Assembly (NCBI GenBank): GCA_963662545.2
Contig: CAXXLL010000002.1
Location: forward strand, 2,016,001-2,080,000
Origin: Gammaproteobacteria bacterium
GTDB taxonomy: Bacteria; Pseudomonadota; Gammaproteobacteria; Ga0077536
Length of the DNA stretch: 64,000 nucleotides
Direction: 5' to 3'
Position numbers and translations under genes: made by a program. This document shows, one piece after another, positions 10,407 to 20,191 of this stretch. Under the pieces are notes generated by a model. The model saw only the letters and a program-made list of their open reading frames with translations. It searched no databases and was not told the DNA's origin. Position 1 is the first letter of the stretch, and the number at the start of each line of letters is the position of its first letter.

Positions 10407-11264
10407 TCAGTTCGCGATGCGGGCGCTGCCGTTGCTGAGTACGGTGACACCGCGTTCCAGCGATGAACTGCGGAAGAAGGTGACGTCGCCTTCTCGCCAG
10501 ATCTCCGTTCTCAGGGTATCCCCGGGTAGAAAGGGCGCCGAGAAGCGCACCTGCATCGATTGCAGGCGATCGGCTTCGTAGTCGCAGCAACTGCGCACCA
10601 AGGCGTGCATGGCGATGCCCATAGTACAGCGACCGTGCAGAATGGGACGTTCGAAGCCGGCATTGGCGGCGATGCGCGGATCGGCATGGAGCGGATTCAT
10701 GTCGCCGCACAATCGGTAGAGCAGCGCTGCTTGAGGCAGGGTCGGTAGATCGCAGACCAAGTCTGGCTCGCGCTCCGGTGGTCCGGGCATACGCGGGCGC
10801 GGTGTATTTGCCCCGCCGAAACCGCCGTCACCACGCGCCAGTGTGTTTGAGATCACGGTCGCGATCGGTGTTTTTCCATCGACACTGGTGAGTTCCTTGC
10901 GCAAATAGACGAAGCAACCTTTCTCCGCACCGCGATCGACGACTTCTTCGACTACCGTCTCACCGGCAAGAGTCCCCTCGGCAGGAATGGGGTGGTGGAT
11001 TTCCACCGTCTCCTCGGCGTGCAGTACCTGCTTCCAGTCGAAACCGTATTCCGGCTGCTTCATCCAAAAGCCCGGGTAGGCGAGCACCATCGCGAGCGTC
11101 GGCAAGGCGCGAAGATTTTCCTCGTAGACGTAACGCAACTGCTTATCGTCCACCGGGTCGGCGCCGAATCCGAGCGCCAGCGCGTAGAGGATGGTGTCCT
11201 CGGCGGTATAGCTCGCCTCCTGCCGGTTGATGATCGTACCGGCCAGTTTGCTGTGGTCTTTCAT
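10407..11264 (-). CDS. Double hot-dog (R)-specific enoyl-CoA hydratase (MaoC/MFE-2 hydratase-like)
   Basis: ILYALALG, YRLCGDMNPLHADP, PILHGRCT; start set at MKDHSK. Confidence 0.9.
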   Translation of the reverse strand: MKDHSKLAGTIINRQEASYTAEDTILYALALGFGADPVDDKQLRYVYEENLRALPTLAMVLAYPGFWMKQPEYGFDWKQVLHAEETVEIHHPIPAEGTLAGETVVEEVVDRGAEKGCFVYLRKELTSVDGKTPIATVISNTLARGDGGFGGANTPRPRMPGPPEREPDLVCDLPTLPQAALLYRLCGDMNPLHADPRIAANAGFERPILHGRCTMGIAMHALVRSCCDYEADRLQSMQVRFSAPFLPGDTLRTEIWREGDVTFFRSSSLERGVTVLSNGSARIAN

Positions 11265-11284
11265 CTTTCCACTCTCGGGCGACG

Positions 11285-12196
11285 CTAGATCGGATCCCAG
11301 CTCCAGATGTCCTGCGATCGATCGAGTGCGTAGAAATCGGCCTCGAACGCGGGAATAAGGCGCTCGGCAATGGATTCCGGCGTCCAACCCACATCGCTGT
11401 GCGCAGAGCGCAACGGCCTGTTTTGACTCATCAGGAAGATCTCGTTCTGCCGCACCGCGAAGATCTGGCCGCTTACCTTGCTCGCGGCGTCTGAGCACAG
11501 AAAGACGGCCATCGGCGCGATCTTATCGGGGGTCATCGATTTCATGCGCTCGACGCGTTGTTTCTGGACTTCGTCGGTGATCGGGATCGTTCCGATCATG
11601 CGGGTCCACGCGAATGGCGCAATGCAGTTCGAGCGGACATTGTAGCGTTCGAGGTCGAGCGCGATGCTTTTCGACAGCGCACAGAGACCGAGCTTCGCTG
11701 CTGCGTAATTGGCCTGACCGAGATTACCGATGAGTCCGGACGTCGAAGTCATGTGCACGTAAGCACCGGTTTCGCGTTCGCGAAAATGCGTCGCCGCCGC
11801 GCGGCTGACGTAAAAACTTCCGTTCAAATGCACGTCGATGACGGCCTGCCATTCCTCGATGCTCATCTTGTGAAACATGCGATCGCGCAGTATTCCAGCA
11901 TTGTTGACCACCGCGTCGAGCTGACCGAAATTATCGATCGCATCGGCGACCATTTGCTCGGCGTCTTCGTAGCGCGCGACACTACCGAGATTGGCTCGCG
12001 CATCGCCGCCCATCGCCTTGATCTCCGCGACCACCTCCTGCGCGGGCGTGCCTTCGATATCGCCGCCGTCCGTACTCGCGCCCAAATCGTTGACTACGAC
12101 CTGGGCGCCCGCCTGAGCCATTGCCAGTGAGAAATCCCTGCCGATACCGCGTCCGCCGCCGGTCACGAGTACGACCTTGCCGTCCAAGATCCCCAT
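11285..12196 (-). CDS. SDR, MFE-2-like 3-hydroxyacyl-CoA dehydrogenase
   Basis: TGGGRGIG, VVVNDLG, NNAGILRD, GQANYAAAK. Confidence 0.92.
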   Translation of the reverse strand: MGILDGKVVLVTGGGRGIGRDFSLAMAQAGAQVVVNDLGASTDGGDIEGTPAQEVVAEIKAMGGDARANLGSVARYEDAEQMVADAIDNFGQLDAVVNNAGILRDRMFHKMSIEEWQAVIDVHLNGSFYVSRAAATHFRERETGAYVHMTSTSGLIGNLGQANYAAAKLGLCALSKSIALDLERYNVRSNCIAPFAWTRMIGTIPITDEVQKQRVERMKSMTPDKIAPMAVFLCSDAASKVSGQIFAVRQNEIFLMSQNRPLRSAHSDVGWTPESIAERLIPAFEADFYALDRSQDIWSWDPI

Positions 12197-12391
12197 GTTC
12201 TTATCACCCTCCGTTCTTGAAACCCTCTAGCAGCCCGTCGTTTTTTTACTCGCCTGCGCGAAAGGGCAGGATTTTACTCGATCCCGGGAAGGCTTGTAAT
12301 TCAGGCGGCCCGCCGTCGGAGGATACAAATCTGTTACATTCCGCGCATCAGCGGACTCTTTCAAAACCTGTCCACGCAAACCGCTTAAACC

Positions 12392-13153
12392 ATGTCGGAT
12401 ATCACCATATCGACCCTGGGCGGCATACCGCTCATCGCCGCCGACGACGACCTTGCGGCGATCATTCTAAAGGCCGCGGCCGCCGACGGGCTTGAATTTA
12501 CCGACGGCGATGTTCTCGTCGTCGCACAGAAAATCATTTCCAAGGCCGAAGGGCGGCTCACGCGCCTGAGCGATATCGAACCGGGGGAGGCCGCGCTGGC
12601 GCTGGCCGCCGAAACGGAAAAAGACCCGCGCCTGGTGCAGCTCATTCTCGACGAATCGGCTGTCGTGCTGCGGCACAAACCCGGCGTCATCATCGTTCGG
12701 CACAAACTCGGCCATGTCGGCGCCAACGCCGGCATCGATCAGTCGAACATCACGCATGACGAGGGCGACGCCGCGCTGCTGCTGCCTCGCGATCCCGATG
12801 CATCGGCCGCCAGTTTGTTCGATACGCTCAAGGACATGACGGGCAAGCACGTCGGGGTGATCATCGCCGACAGCATGAACCGGCCCTGGCGCATGGGCAC
12901 CGTCGGCGGCGCGATCGGATGCGCGGGCGTGCAGGTACTCGACGATCTCAGAGGCGCCGAAGACATGTTCGGACGCGAACTCAAAGTCGCCATGGTCAAT
13001 CGAGCGGACTCGATCGCGGCCATGGCAAGCCTGGTGATGGGTGAGACGACCGAGCGAACACCGGTCGCCCTGGTGCGCGGGCTGCCCGTCGCTGCAGAGG
13101 GTGGCAGCGCCCGAGATATCATGCGCCCGCTCGAGGACGACCTTTTCAAATGA
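12392..13153 (+). CDS. cofE: Coenzyme F420-0:L-glutamate ligase (single domain)
   Basis: GDVLVVAQKIISKAEGR, ANAGIDQSN, IADS..RPWR.G, LVMGE..ERTP. Confidence 0.95.
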   Translation: MSDITISTLGGIPLIAADDDLAAIILKAAAADGLEFTDGDVLVVAQKIISKAEGRLTRLSDIEPGEAALALAAETEKDPRLVQLILDESAVVLRHKPGVIIVRHKLGHVGANAGIDQSNITHDEGDAALLLPRDPDASAASLFDTLKDMTGKHVGVIIADSMNRPWRMGTVGGAIGCAGVQVLDDLRGAEDMFGRELKVAMVNRADSIAAMASLVMGETTERTPVALVRGLPVAAEGGSARDIMRPLEDDLFK

Positions 13154-14091
13154 GTAAATATCTCGCCATCACCGGCGGCGTCGGGGGTGCCAAGCTCGCG
13201 CTGGGTCTGTCGCGTATCCTCGGTCCATCGGACCTTGGTTTTCTGGTGAATACCGGAGATGATTTCGAGCACCTTGGCTTGCACGTCTCGCCGGACATCG
13301 ACACCTTGATGTATACCTTGTCCGGACTCAGCAATCCGCTAACCGGCTGGGGCCGCGTCGGGGAGAGCTGGAATTTCATCGAGACCTTGGGTGAACTCGG
13401 CGGCGAAACCTGGTTCAAGCTGGGCGACCGCGATCTCGCCGTCCACGTCCGGCGCACCCTCTTGCTCGCCGGCGGTGAGCGACTCACCGATGTCACTGCC
13501 ACGCTTTTCCGCGCCCTCGGCGTTGAACACCCCGCGTGGCCGATGAGCGATGACCCGGTGCGCACCCTGATCGATACCGACGCCGGCCAACTATCTTTTC
13601 AGCACTACTTCGTCCGCGAGCGCTGCGAACCAGCCGTGCGCGGTTTCGAATATCGCGGCGCCGATACCGCCTCAGTCGTACCCGAATTCAAGGCGTGGAT
13701 GTCGGATCCCGATCTGGCGGGCGTCATCATTTGCCCGTCGAACCCTTTCTTGAGTATTGACCCCATCCTCGCTCTGGATGGGATCAGAGAAGCGCTCATG
13801 GCCTGTAACGCGCCCGTCATCGCCGTCTCGCCGATCGTTAGTGGCGAGGCGATCAAGGGGCCGACGGCAAAGATCATGGAAGAACTCGACGTCCCGCGCG
13901 ATGCGCGCGCGGTGGCGATGCACTACCGCGATCTGCTGGACGGATTCATCCTGGACGAAACGGACGGGCAGCTGGTCGAACCGATCGGTGCCCTCGGGCT
14001 CGAAGTCGTGCCGGCGCAAAGCCTTATGCGGACGCTGGACGACAAGATCAATCTCGCGCACACTGCGCTTAATCTCCTCGAGGCATGCTAA
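13150..14091 (+). CDS. cofD: 2-phospho-L-lactate/PEP transferase (CofD/FbiA)
   Basis: GGVGGAKL, NTGDD, SPDIDT, WFKLGDRD, FQHYFV, PSNPFLSI.PIL, AIKGPTAK. Confidence 0.96.
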   Translation: MSKYLAITGGVGGAKLALGLSRILGPSDLGFLVNTGDDFEHLGLHVSPDIDTLMYTLSGLSNPLTGWGRVGESWNFIETLGELGGETWFKLGDRDLAVHVRRTLLLAGGERLTDVTATLFRALGVEHPAWPMSDDPVRTLIDTDAGQLSFQHYFVRERCEPAVRGFEYRGADTASVVPEFKAWMSDPDLAGVIICPSNPFLSIDPILALDGIREALMACNAPVIAVSPIVSGEAIKGPTAKIMEELDVPRDARAVAMHYRDLLDGFILDETDGQLVEPIGALGLEVVPAQSLMRTLDDKINLAHTALNLLEAC

Positions 14092-14798
14092 AACTCATGT
14101 GGGTCGTCGTTCCCGTCAAACGATTCTCCGATGCGAAATCGAGGCTCGCTTCGATCCTCTCTGAAGCCGAGCGTGAATCACTGACCCAGGCCATGTTGAA
14201 CGATGTGCTGCATGCACTCGGACAGAGCCAACAGGTATCAGGAATCGTCGTCATTTCTCACGAAACCCGTGCACGATACGCGGTGGAGCGGATCGGCGGC
14301 CTGTTCACTGAGGAGTCCGGATCGGGGCTGTCCAGCGCGATCGCGCAGGGCGGCGCCTGGCTGGCAAAACACGGGCAGCGCGACATGCTCATGATCCCAG
14401 GCGACGTGCCGCTGGTGTCGAGCCGTGAAATCGACGAGATCATCAATCTCCACCAGGGTGCGCCCGCCGTGACAATAACCCCAGATCGCGAGCACAACGG
14501 CACCAATGCACTCGCGGTCAGCCCGACTGACGCCATCCGGTTCGCTTACGGCGCCGACAGTTTTACCGCCCACAAGGCCGCGGCCGAAGCGGTGGGCATC
14601 GAACCGAGGATCGTGCAACTTCCCGGTTTCGCTCTCGACGTCGACAATCCCATGGATCTCAGGACTTTGCTGACCTATGACAGTGAAACCGAGACCCTCG
14701 CCTACCTTTCGGACAGCGGTATCGCCCGCCGCATCTTACCCCGGCATAATGGCGGGCCGGACAACAGCGATATCACCGCCGCCTCGCGCTTGATTTAG
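14085..14798 (+). CDS. cofC: 2-phospho-L-lactate/PEP guanylyltransferase (CofC/FbiD)
   Basis: VPVK....AKSRL, PGDVPL, GTNAL, YG.DSF..H, LDVDNP.DL. Confidence 0.94.
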   Translation: MLKLMWVVVPVKRFSDAKSRLASILSEAERESLTQAMLNDVLHALGQSQQVSGIVVISHETRARYAVERIGGLFTEESGSGLSSAIAQGGAWLAKHGQRDMLMIPGDVPLVSSREIDEIINLHQGAPAVTITPDREHNGTNALAVSPTDAIRFAYGADSFTAHKAAAEAVGIEPRIVQLPGFALDVDNPMDLRTLLTYDSETETLAYLSDSGIARRILPRHNGGPDNSDITAASRLI

Positions 14799-17258
14799 AT
14801 GACTCAATCTCAACGGATCCTCGATGCCGCATTGGCAGGCATGACGCCTGCGCCTCCGGACGCGTTGCAGCTTGCCGAATGTAAGGACATCGGCTCACTG
14901 CTTCAATGTGCCGGCAGCCTGCGAGACGCGGGCTTCGGATCGAGCGTCACCTACTCACGCAAGATATTCATACCGCTGACCCAGTTGTGCCGCGACGTCT
15001 GCCATTACTGCACGTTTGCACAAGCGCCCAAACGGCTTACCGCGCCCTACATGAAACTCGAGGAAGTCGTTGAACTCGCGGAGCAGGGGCGGGCCCACGG
15101 CTGCAAGGAAGCTCTTTTCACTCTGGGAGAAAAACCGGAGCTGCGCTACCAAACGGCGCGCGACGGCCTTGCCGCGATGGGCTACGCAAGCACGCTCGAA
15201 TACCTGCGCGACGCGGCCGCGGCGGTGTTCGAAAACTCCGGATTGCTACCGCACATGAATCCGGGGACCCTGACCGCGGACGAGTGCCGGATGTTGCGCG
15301 AAGTCTCACCCAGCATGGGCATCATGCTCGAATCCGCCAGTTCGCGCCTCTGTGAAAAAGGCATGCCGCATCACGGATCGCCCGACAAAGACCCCCGCGT
15401 TCGATTAGAAACCCTGCGCAATGCCGGACGGGCGCGCATCCCGTTCACCACCGGTATTCTGATCGGCATCGGTGAGACCCGCCGCGAACGAATCGAATCA
15501 TTACTGGCAATTCGTGCGGTTCACGAGGAGTTCGGCCACATTCAGGAAATCATTATCCAAAACTTCCGCGCCAAACCGGGCACGAAGATGAACCATGCGC
15601 CGGAACCCGACCTCGAGGAAATGCTCTGGACGCTCGCGCTCGCGCGCATCCTGTTCGGATCTGCCATGAGCATCCAGGCGCCGCCCAACCTGAGTCCCGG
15701 CTGTCTGCCGAATCTCGTCGCCGCCGGTATCAACGATTGGGGCGGCGTTTCGCCCCTGACGCCGGACCACGTCAATCCCGAAGCACCCTGGCCACACCTC
15801 GAGGAGCTGGCACGCGATACTCGTGCCGCCGGTAAAACGCTTCACGAACGCTTGACGATTTACCCGCACTACGTGCGCGAGGCGACCGATTGGGTTGACG
15901 AGCGCTTCCTGACACCGCTGCTCCAGGCGACGGACGCCGAAGGTTATCCGCGCTCCGATGAATGGTGCCCAGGTGACGACATCGCACCGCCCACCGAGAT
16001 CACAAGCGCAGTCACGGCCTCGCTAAAATCTGTTTCGCGTGACCTTCAGGCGATTCTCAATCGTGTCACCGACGGTGAACAACTTGCGGAAAGCGAGGTC
16101 GCGCGTCTGTTCGGCGCCCGCGGCGACGATTTTACCGCGGTATGCCGCGCCGCCGACGATCTGCGACTAGCGGTCAACGGTGACACCGTGAGTTTCGTCG
16201 TCAATCGCAACATCAATTACACCAATGTGTGCTATTTCAAGTGTCAGTTCTGCGCGTTTTCCAAGGGCAAGCTGAGCGAGAACCTGCGTGGTCAACCCTA
16301 CGACCTCGAAGCCGGCGAGATCCAGCGCCGCGTCCGGGAAGCCTGGGATCGGGGTGCGACCGAGGTCTGCATGCAGGGCGGTATTCACCCGCAATATACC
16401 GGCGAAACTTATCTCGACATCCTGCGGACGGTGAAGGATGCGGTGCCCGACATGCACGTGCACGCCTTCTCACCGCTCGAGGTCTGGCAGGGTGCGAAAA
16501 CCTTAGATCTGCCGCTCGCAGACTATCTCCAGCGCTTGCAGGACGCGGGGCTAGGGACCCTGCCCGGGACTGCCGGCGAAGTGCTGGACGACGAAATCCG
16601 CGCCATCATCTGCCCCGACAAGATCAACACGGCCCAATGGCTAGAGGTCATGCGCGTGGCGCACGCAACCGGCTTTCGAACGACCGCGACGATCATGTAC
16701 GGTCACGTCGACCATGCGATCAACTGGGCGCGCCACCTGCTGCGCGTACGTGACCTGCAGATCGAGACCGGCGGCTTCACCGAATTCGTGCCGCTGCCGT
16801 TCGTGCACATGGAAGCGCCTTTGTACCTCAAGGGTCGCGCGCGCAAGGGACCCACCTTCCGCGAGGCCGTATTAATGCACGCCGTCGCGCGGCTCACGCT
16901 GCATCCGCACATCACCAATATCCAGGCTTCGTGGGTGAAGATGGGCCATGAAGGCGTCGTCGCTTGCCTCAACGCCGGTGTGAACGATCTCGGCGGTACC
17001 TTGATGAACGAAAGCATCACCCGGGCGGCTGGCGCCTCTCACGGTCAAGAGACTTCTCCGGAGCGCATGATCGCGATGATCGAAGCGGCTGGACGCAAAC
17101 CCAGGCAGCGCACCACGACCTACGGCGAGGTTGCTTTTGAGCGCATCGAGGCGTCGCGCGGCGCGCTGGCGCTGGACACGATTGTCAATACGCCGGCGCG
17201 CCGTTATGAACGGCATGGCCGCCGTACACTGGTTCGCTCGCGCGCCCAAGCCGGTTGA
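14799..17258 (+). CDS. fbiC: FO synthase, fused CofG-CofH radical SAM enzyme
   Basis: Two CxxxCxxC motifs (CRDVCHYC, CYFKCQFC), GINDWGGVSP, IQASWVK, DLGGTLMNESI. Confidence 0.97.
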   Translation: MTQSQRILDAALAGMTPAPPDALQLAECKDIGSLLQCAGSLRDAGFGSSVTYSRKIFIPLTQLCRDVCHYCTFAQAPKRLTAPYMKLEEVVELAEQGRAHGCKEALFTLGEKPELRYQTARDGLAAMGYASTLEYLRDAAAAVFENSGLLPHMNPGTLTADECRMLREVSPSMGIMLESASSRLCEKGMPHHGSPDKDPRVRLETLRNAGRARIPFTTGILIGIGETRRERIESLLAIRAVHEEFGHIQEIIIQNFRAKPGTKMNHAPEPDLEEMLWTLALARILFGSAMSIQAPPNLSPGCLPNLVAAGINDWGGVSPLTPDHVNPEAPWPHLEELARDTRAAGKTLHERLTIYPHYVREATDWVDERFLTPLLQATDAEGYPRSDEWCPGDDIAPPTEITSAVTASLKSVSRDLQAILNRVTDGEQLAESEVARLFGARGDDFTAVCRAADDLRLAVNGDTVSFVVNRNINYTNVCYFKCQFCAFSKGKLSENLRGQPYDLEAGEIQRRVREAWDRGATEVCMQGGIHPQYTGETYLDILRTVKDAVPDMHVHAFSPLEVWQGAKTLDLPLADYLQRLQDAGLGTLPGTAGEVLDDEIRAIICPDKINTAQWLEVMRVAHATGFRTTATIMYGHVDHAINWARHLLRVRDLQIETGGFTEFVPLPFVHMEAPLYLKGRARKGPTFREAVLMHAVARLTLHPHITNIQASWVKMGHEGVVACLNAGVNDLGGTLMNESITRAAGASHGQETSPERMIAMIEAAGRKPRQRTTTYGEVAFERIEASRGALALDTIVNTPARRYERHGRRTLVRSRAQAG

Positions 17259-17283
17259 ACGCGACCCTGCGATCGTCGAACCC

Positions 17284-18507
17284 ATGACGACTCCGCCCAA
17301 ACACATTCTCAACGGTTATCGCGTGCTCGATATGACGCACGTGATTGCCGGACCGACGGCAACGCGCTTGATGGCGGAGATGGGCGCCGAGATCATCAAG
17401 GTCGAGTTCCCGCCGCTGGGCGACGTGTCGCGCAGTTTGCCGGCCTTGAAGAACGGGCGAAGCGCGTACTACACCCAGCAGAACCGGGGCAAGAAAAGCC
17501 TTTGCCTGGACGTGAAAAGCGAAGAGGGTAAGACGATTCTGACCGATCTGATCAGAAAATCTGACGTCTTTATCGAAAATTTCGCACCGGGCGCCATCGG
17601 CCGGCTTGGTTTCGGCTGGGACAAGGTGCATGAACTCAATCGGAACATCGTCATGTGCTCGGTATCTGCGTTCGGACAAACCGGTTCACTGTCCGCCTTG
17701 CCGGGATTCGATTACATCGCACAGGCCTACAGCGGCATCACCGATATGATCGGCGAGCCAGGAGCGGCGCCGGCACTACCCATGGCTGCGATCGGCGACG
17801 TTTCGACCGGGGTCCACGCCGCGTGCGCTATCGGCTATGCCCTGCTGCATCGCGAGCGCGGCGGCGAAGGCCAGTACCTCGACATTTCGCTGGTCGACGC
17901 CTATATGGGCTGCCATGAACTGAACGTCCAGATATACAGCGTGAGCGGCGGTGCCGACGAACCGACGCGTTCCGGCAGCCACCACTACGCCGTTTGTCCA
18001 CTGGGTCTGTTCAAAGGTAAGAACGGCTGGATCTGCATCATCGCCCTGCAGCCCCAGTGGCCGTCGGTATGCCGCGCCATCGGCCGCCCGGACCTGATCG
18101 AAGATCCCCGCTACGATGTCAACGAAAAGCGTGTGGCCGCGGCGCCGGAAGTGATCGACATCATCCAGGCCTGGATCGACGCCGCGCCCTCCGACGAAGC
18201 CGTCTTCGAGGCGCTCCAAGCTGAACGCGTACCCTGCGCGCCGGTGTTGAAGATCTCCGAGGTCGTCAATCACCCGCACATGCGCGAGCGCGGCACCGTC
18301 CGCACGATTCGCGACCCCAAGCTGGGCAAGGTCGTGATGCCGGGCATGCCGCTCAGATTTTCCGGCTTCGAACACAACTGCCACATGGAAGCGGCATCGC
18401 TCGGCGAGCACAATGCCGAGGTGTTGCGCGAAGTGCTCGAATACTCCGACGACGAGATCGATACTCTCGATCGGTCCGGCGTACTCCACGACAATCCGGA
18501 CACCTGA
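17284..18507 (+). CDS. CaiB/BaiF family III CoA transferase
   Basis: RVLDMT..IAGP, QNRGKKS, ENFAPG, PGFD, IGDVSTG; starts 25 nt after fbiC. Confidence 0.92.
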   Translation: MTTPPKHILNGYRVLDMTHVIAGPTATRLMAEMGAEIIKVEFPPLGDVSRSLPALKNGRSAYYTQQNRGKKSLCLDVKSEEGKTILTDLIRKSDVFIENFAPGAIGRLGFGWDKVHELNRNIVMCSVSAFGQTGSLSALPGFDYIAQAYSGITDMIGEPGAAPALPMAAIGDVSTGVHAACAIGYALLHRERGGEGQYLDISLVDAYMGCHELNVQIYSVSGGADEPTRSGSHHYAVCPLGLFKGKNGWICIIALQPQWPSVCRAIGRPDLIEDPRYDVNEKRVAAAPEVIDIIQAWIDAAPSDEAVFEALQAERVPCAPVLKISEVVNHPHMRERGTVRTIRDPKLGKVVMPGMPLRFSGFEHNCHMEAASLGEHNAEVLREVLEYSDDEIDTLDRSGVLHDNPDT

Positions 18508-18570
18508 GTCCGCGTTCGCGATCATTCGCCCGCACACGGGCGAATGATTAACGCAAGAGCGAAAGCCAGG

Positions 18571-19473
18571 TCACTCCGGCGCTACCTCGCTCGTCGCGGC
18601 GCGGTGTTCGGTGATCGCCTTGTAGGCCAGCAGGATGAGGCCGCCGATGATGAAGCTGATGCCGACGAGGTCAGCCACATCGAGAGGCTCGTTCAAATGA
18701 AACGAGGTCGAGAACACCGCGACCACGGGTATGAAGAGAATCATCATACTGGCGACGCCCGCCGGCAGGTAGTCCAGTACGTAAACCCACAGCAGCCACC
18801 CGAAAGCGGTCGATACGAACGCGGTGAACCCGAGCGAAAGCAGGAAGCGATCCGTCCACTCGATCGGCGCTTCTCCGGCGAATCCCGCGATCACCAGGAG
18901 AAAAGTAGCCCCGAAAGCCATTTGCCACGCGGTTAGCTGCAGCAAGTCCATCGGCGCCTTGCGTTGAATGCGTTTGATCATGACGGCGCTCGCCGCCCAC
19001 AGGAAACCGGCCGTCACCGCGAGCACATTGCTTTTGAGACTCCCGTTCCCCGACCAGGGCTGAAACACCGCCGTCAGCCCGGCCGCTGCGCAAGCGACCG
19101 CCGCCCATTGCAGGCCACGGACGCGCTCGTTCAGGAACAGCCATGCCAACAAGAGCGTCCAGAAAGGCATGCTGAAGACGAGGATCGACGTGCGGTTCGC
19201 CGCGCCTTCGGTGACCGCCCATTGTGAACACCCGACCAGCCCGGTGGTATTGACGAGACCCAGGGCGAGCAGTTCCGGGATCCGTTGCGGAATGAAGCGT
19301 CGGCCCGTCAACGGCAGCGCCAGCAGCAGGCAAACGGCGCCGATTGAGCAGCGCAATGCAGCGAAGCTGAACGGTCCCGCGTCGAGCGATCCGAGCTTGA
19401 GGAAGACCCAGCTATAGCCCCAGAGGACCGACAGAGTGACGAGGGCGGCAGCAATCGGCGCGCGTATGGGCAT
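18571..19473 (-). CDS. DMT/EamA family transporter
   Basis: About 10 hydrophobic segments in two repeats; LWGYSW..LK, MPFWT.LL, LNE.. Confidence 0.9.
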   Translation of the reverse strand: MPIRAPIAAALVTLSVLWGYSWVFLKLGSLDAGPFSFAALRCSIGAVCLLLALPLTGRRFIPQRIPELLALGLVNTTGLVGCSQWAVTEGAANRTSILVFSMPFWTLLLAWLFLNERVRGLQWAAVACAAAGLTAVFQPWSGNGSLKSNVLAVTAGFLWAASAVMIKRIQRKAPMDLLQLTAWQMAFGATFLLVIAGFAGEAPIEWTDRFLLSLGFTAFVSTAFGWLLWVYVLDYLPAGVASMMILFIPVVAVFSTSFHLNEPLDVADLVGISFIIGGLILLAYKAITEHRAATSEVAPE

Positions 19474-20079
19474 GGCAGGGCTTTCGTTAGGTTGCAGGGA
19501 AATCGAGCGCGCTCGATGGGAAGCGCGACTCTAACGCCTCCGTACCGTTTTGTCAGCTAGCCCTCATTCACCCTTGAACTGCGGCGGTTACCAGATTGCG
19601 TATTCGATCGTGCAGAACTCGGAGAAGAGGAAAGACTCCAGGATCCTGTCTGGCCGCCCGTGATCACGCCGAAGCGCGTGCTCCGATTACCCGGGGGAAA
19701 TTCGTCAGCATGTTGGCGTCGCCGGCGGGGCTCGGCGAACCCGGCCCCCTCCGCTTCAACTATGCGACGCATTGGCTCGAGCATCGACAAGACCGATCTC
19801 GGCCGCATTGTCCAGAAGAGGCTGCTGCTTTGCAGGGCGATCGGCGGGTGCTGCTGTTGGCGCCCGATGAACGAGCCCGGTGGAAGATTCAAGCGCGGTC
19901 GCAGGCTCAGTCACGACTGAGAACGAGGATTGCCCGCATCGTCTATCGAGCCGTTTGCGGGTCAAACGAACTGTTACGCAAGCTAGTTCCAAAAACCCGG
20001 CTTGCCGTGAGTCTAAATGCCTCGCGTACGATCGCTATCCCGGATAGCGGCGACAACCCGGAATAAGCTGGTGACTGTA

Positions 20080-20188
20080 GGGGGAATTTTGGGGGGAATT
20101 CTGGGGGAAATTCTGAGGACAGTTTGCTTAATTCCCGCGCAACCCATGCTGAACGGCTCGGCTTGGCATAATTAAGTAAACTGTCCCC
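20080..20188. repeat. G-run tandem (GGGGGAATTYTG-like x3) followed by a 19-bp inverted repeat pair (REP/REPIN-like)
   Basis: GAGGACAGTTTGCTTAATT (20115-20133) pairs with AATTAAGTAAACTGTCCCC (20170-20188), 17/19 matches. Confidence 0.75.
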
Positions 20189-20191
20189 GCA

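Noticed and set aside
19714-19744. TGGCGTCGCCGGCGGGGCTCGGCGAACCC resembling a reversed tRNA 3' end (att site)
   Set aside because: The T-loop is interrupted, and there is no second copy or integrase in the window.
20080-20118. G-quadruplex candidate
   Set aside because: Only three strong G-runs; the fourth is GAGG, and tandem slippage explains it more simply.
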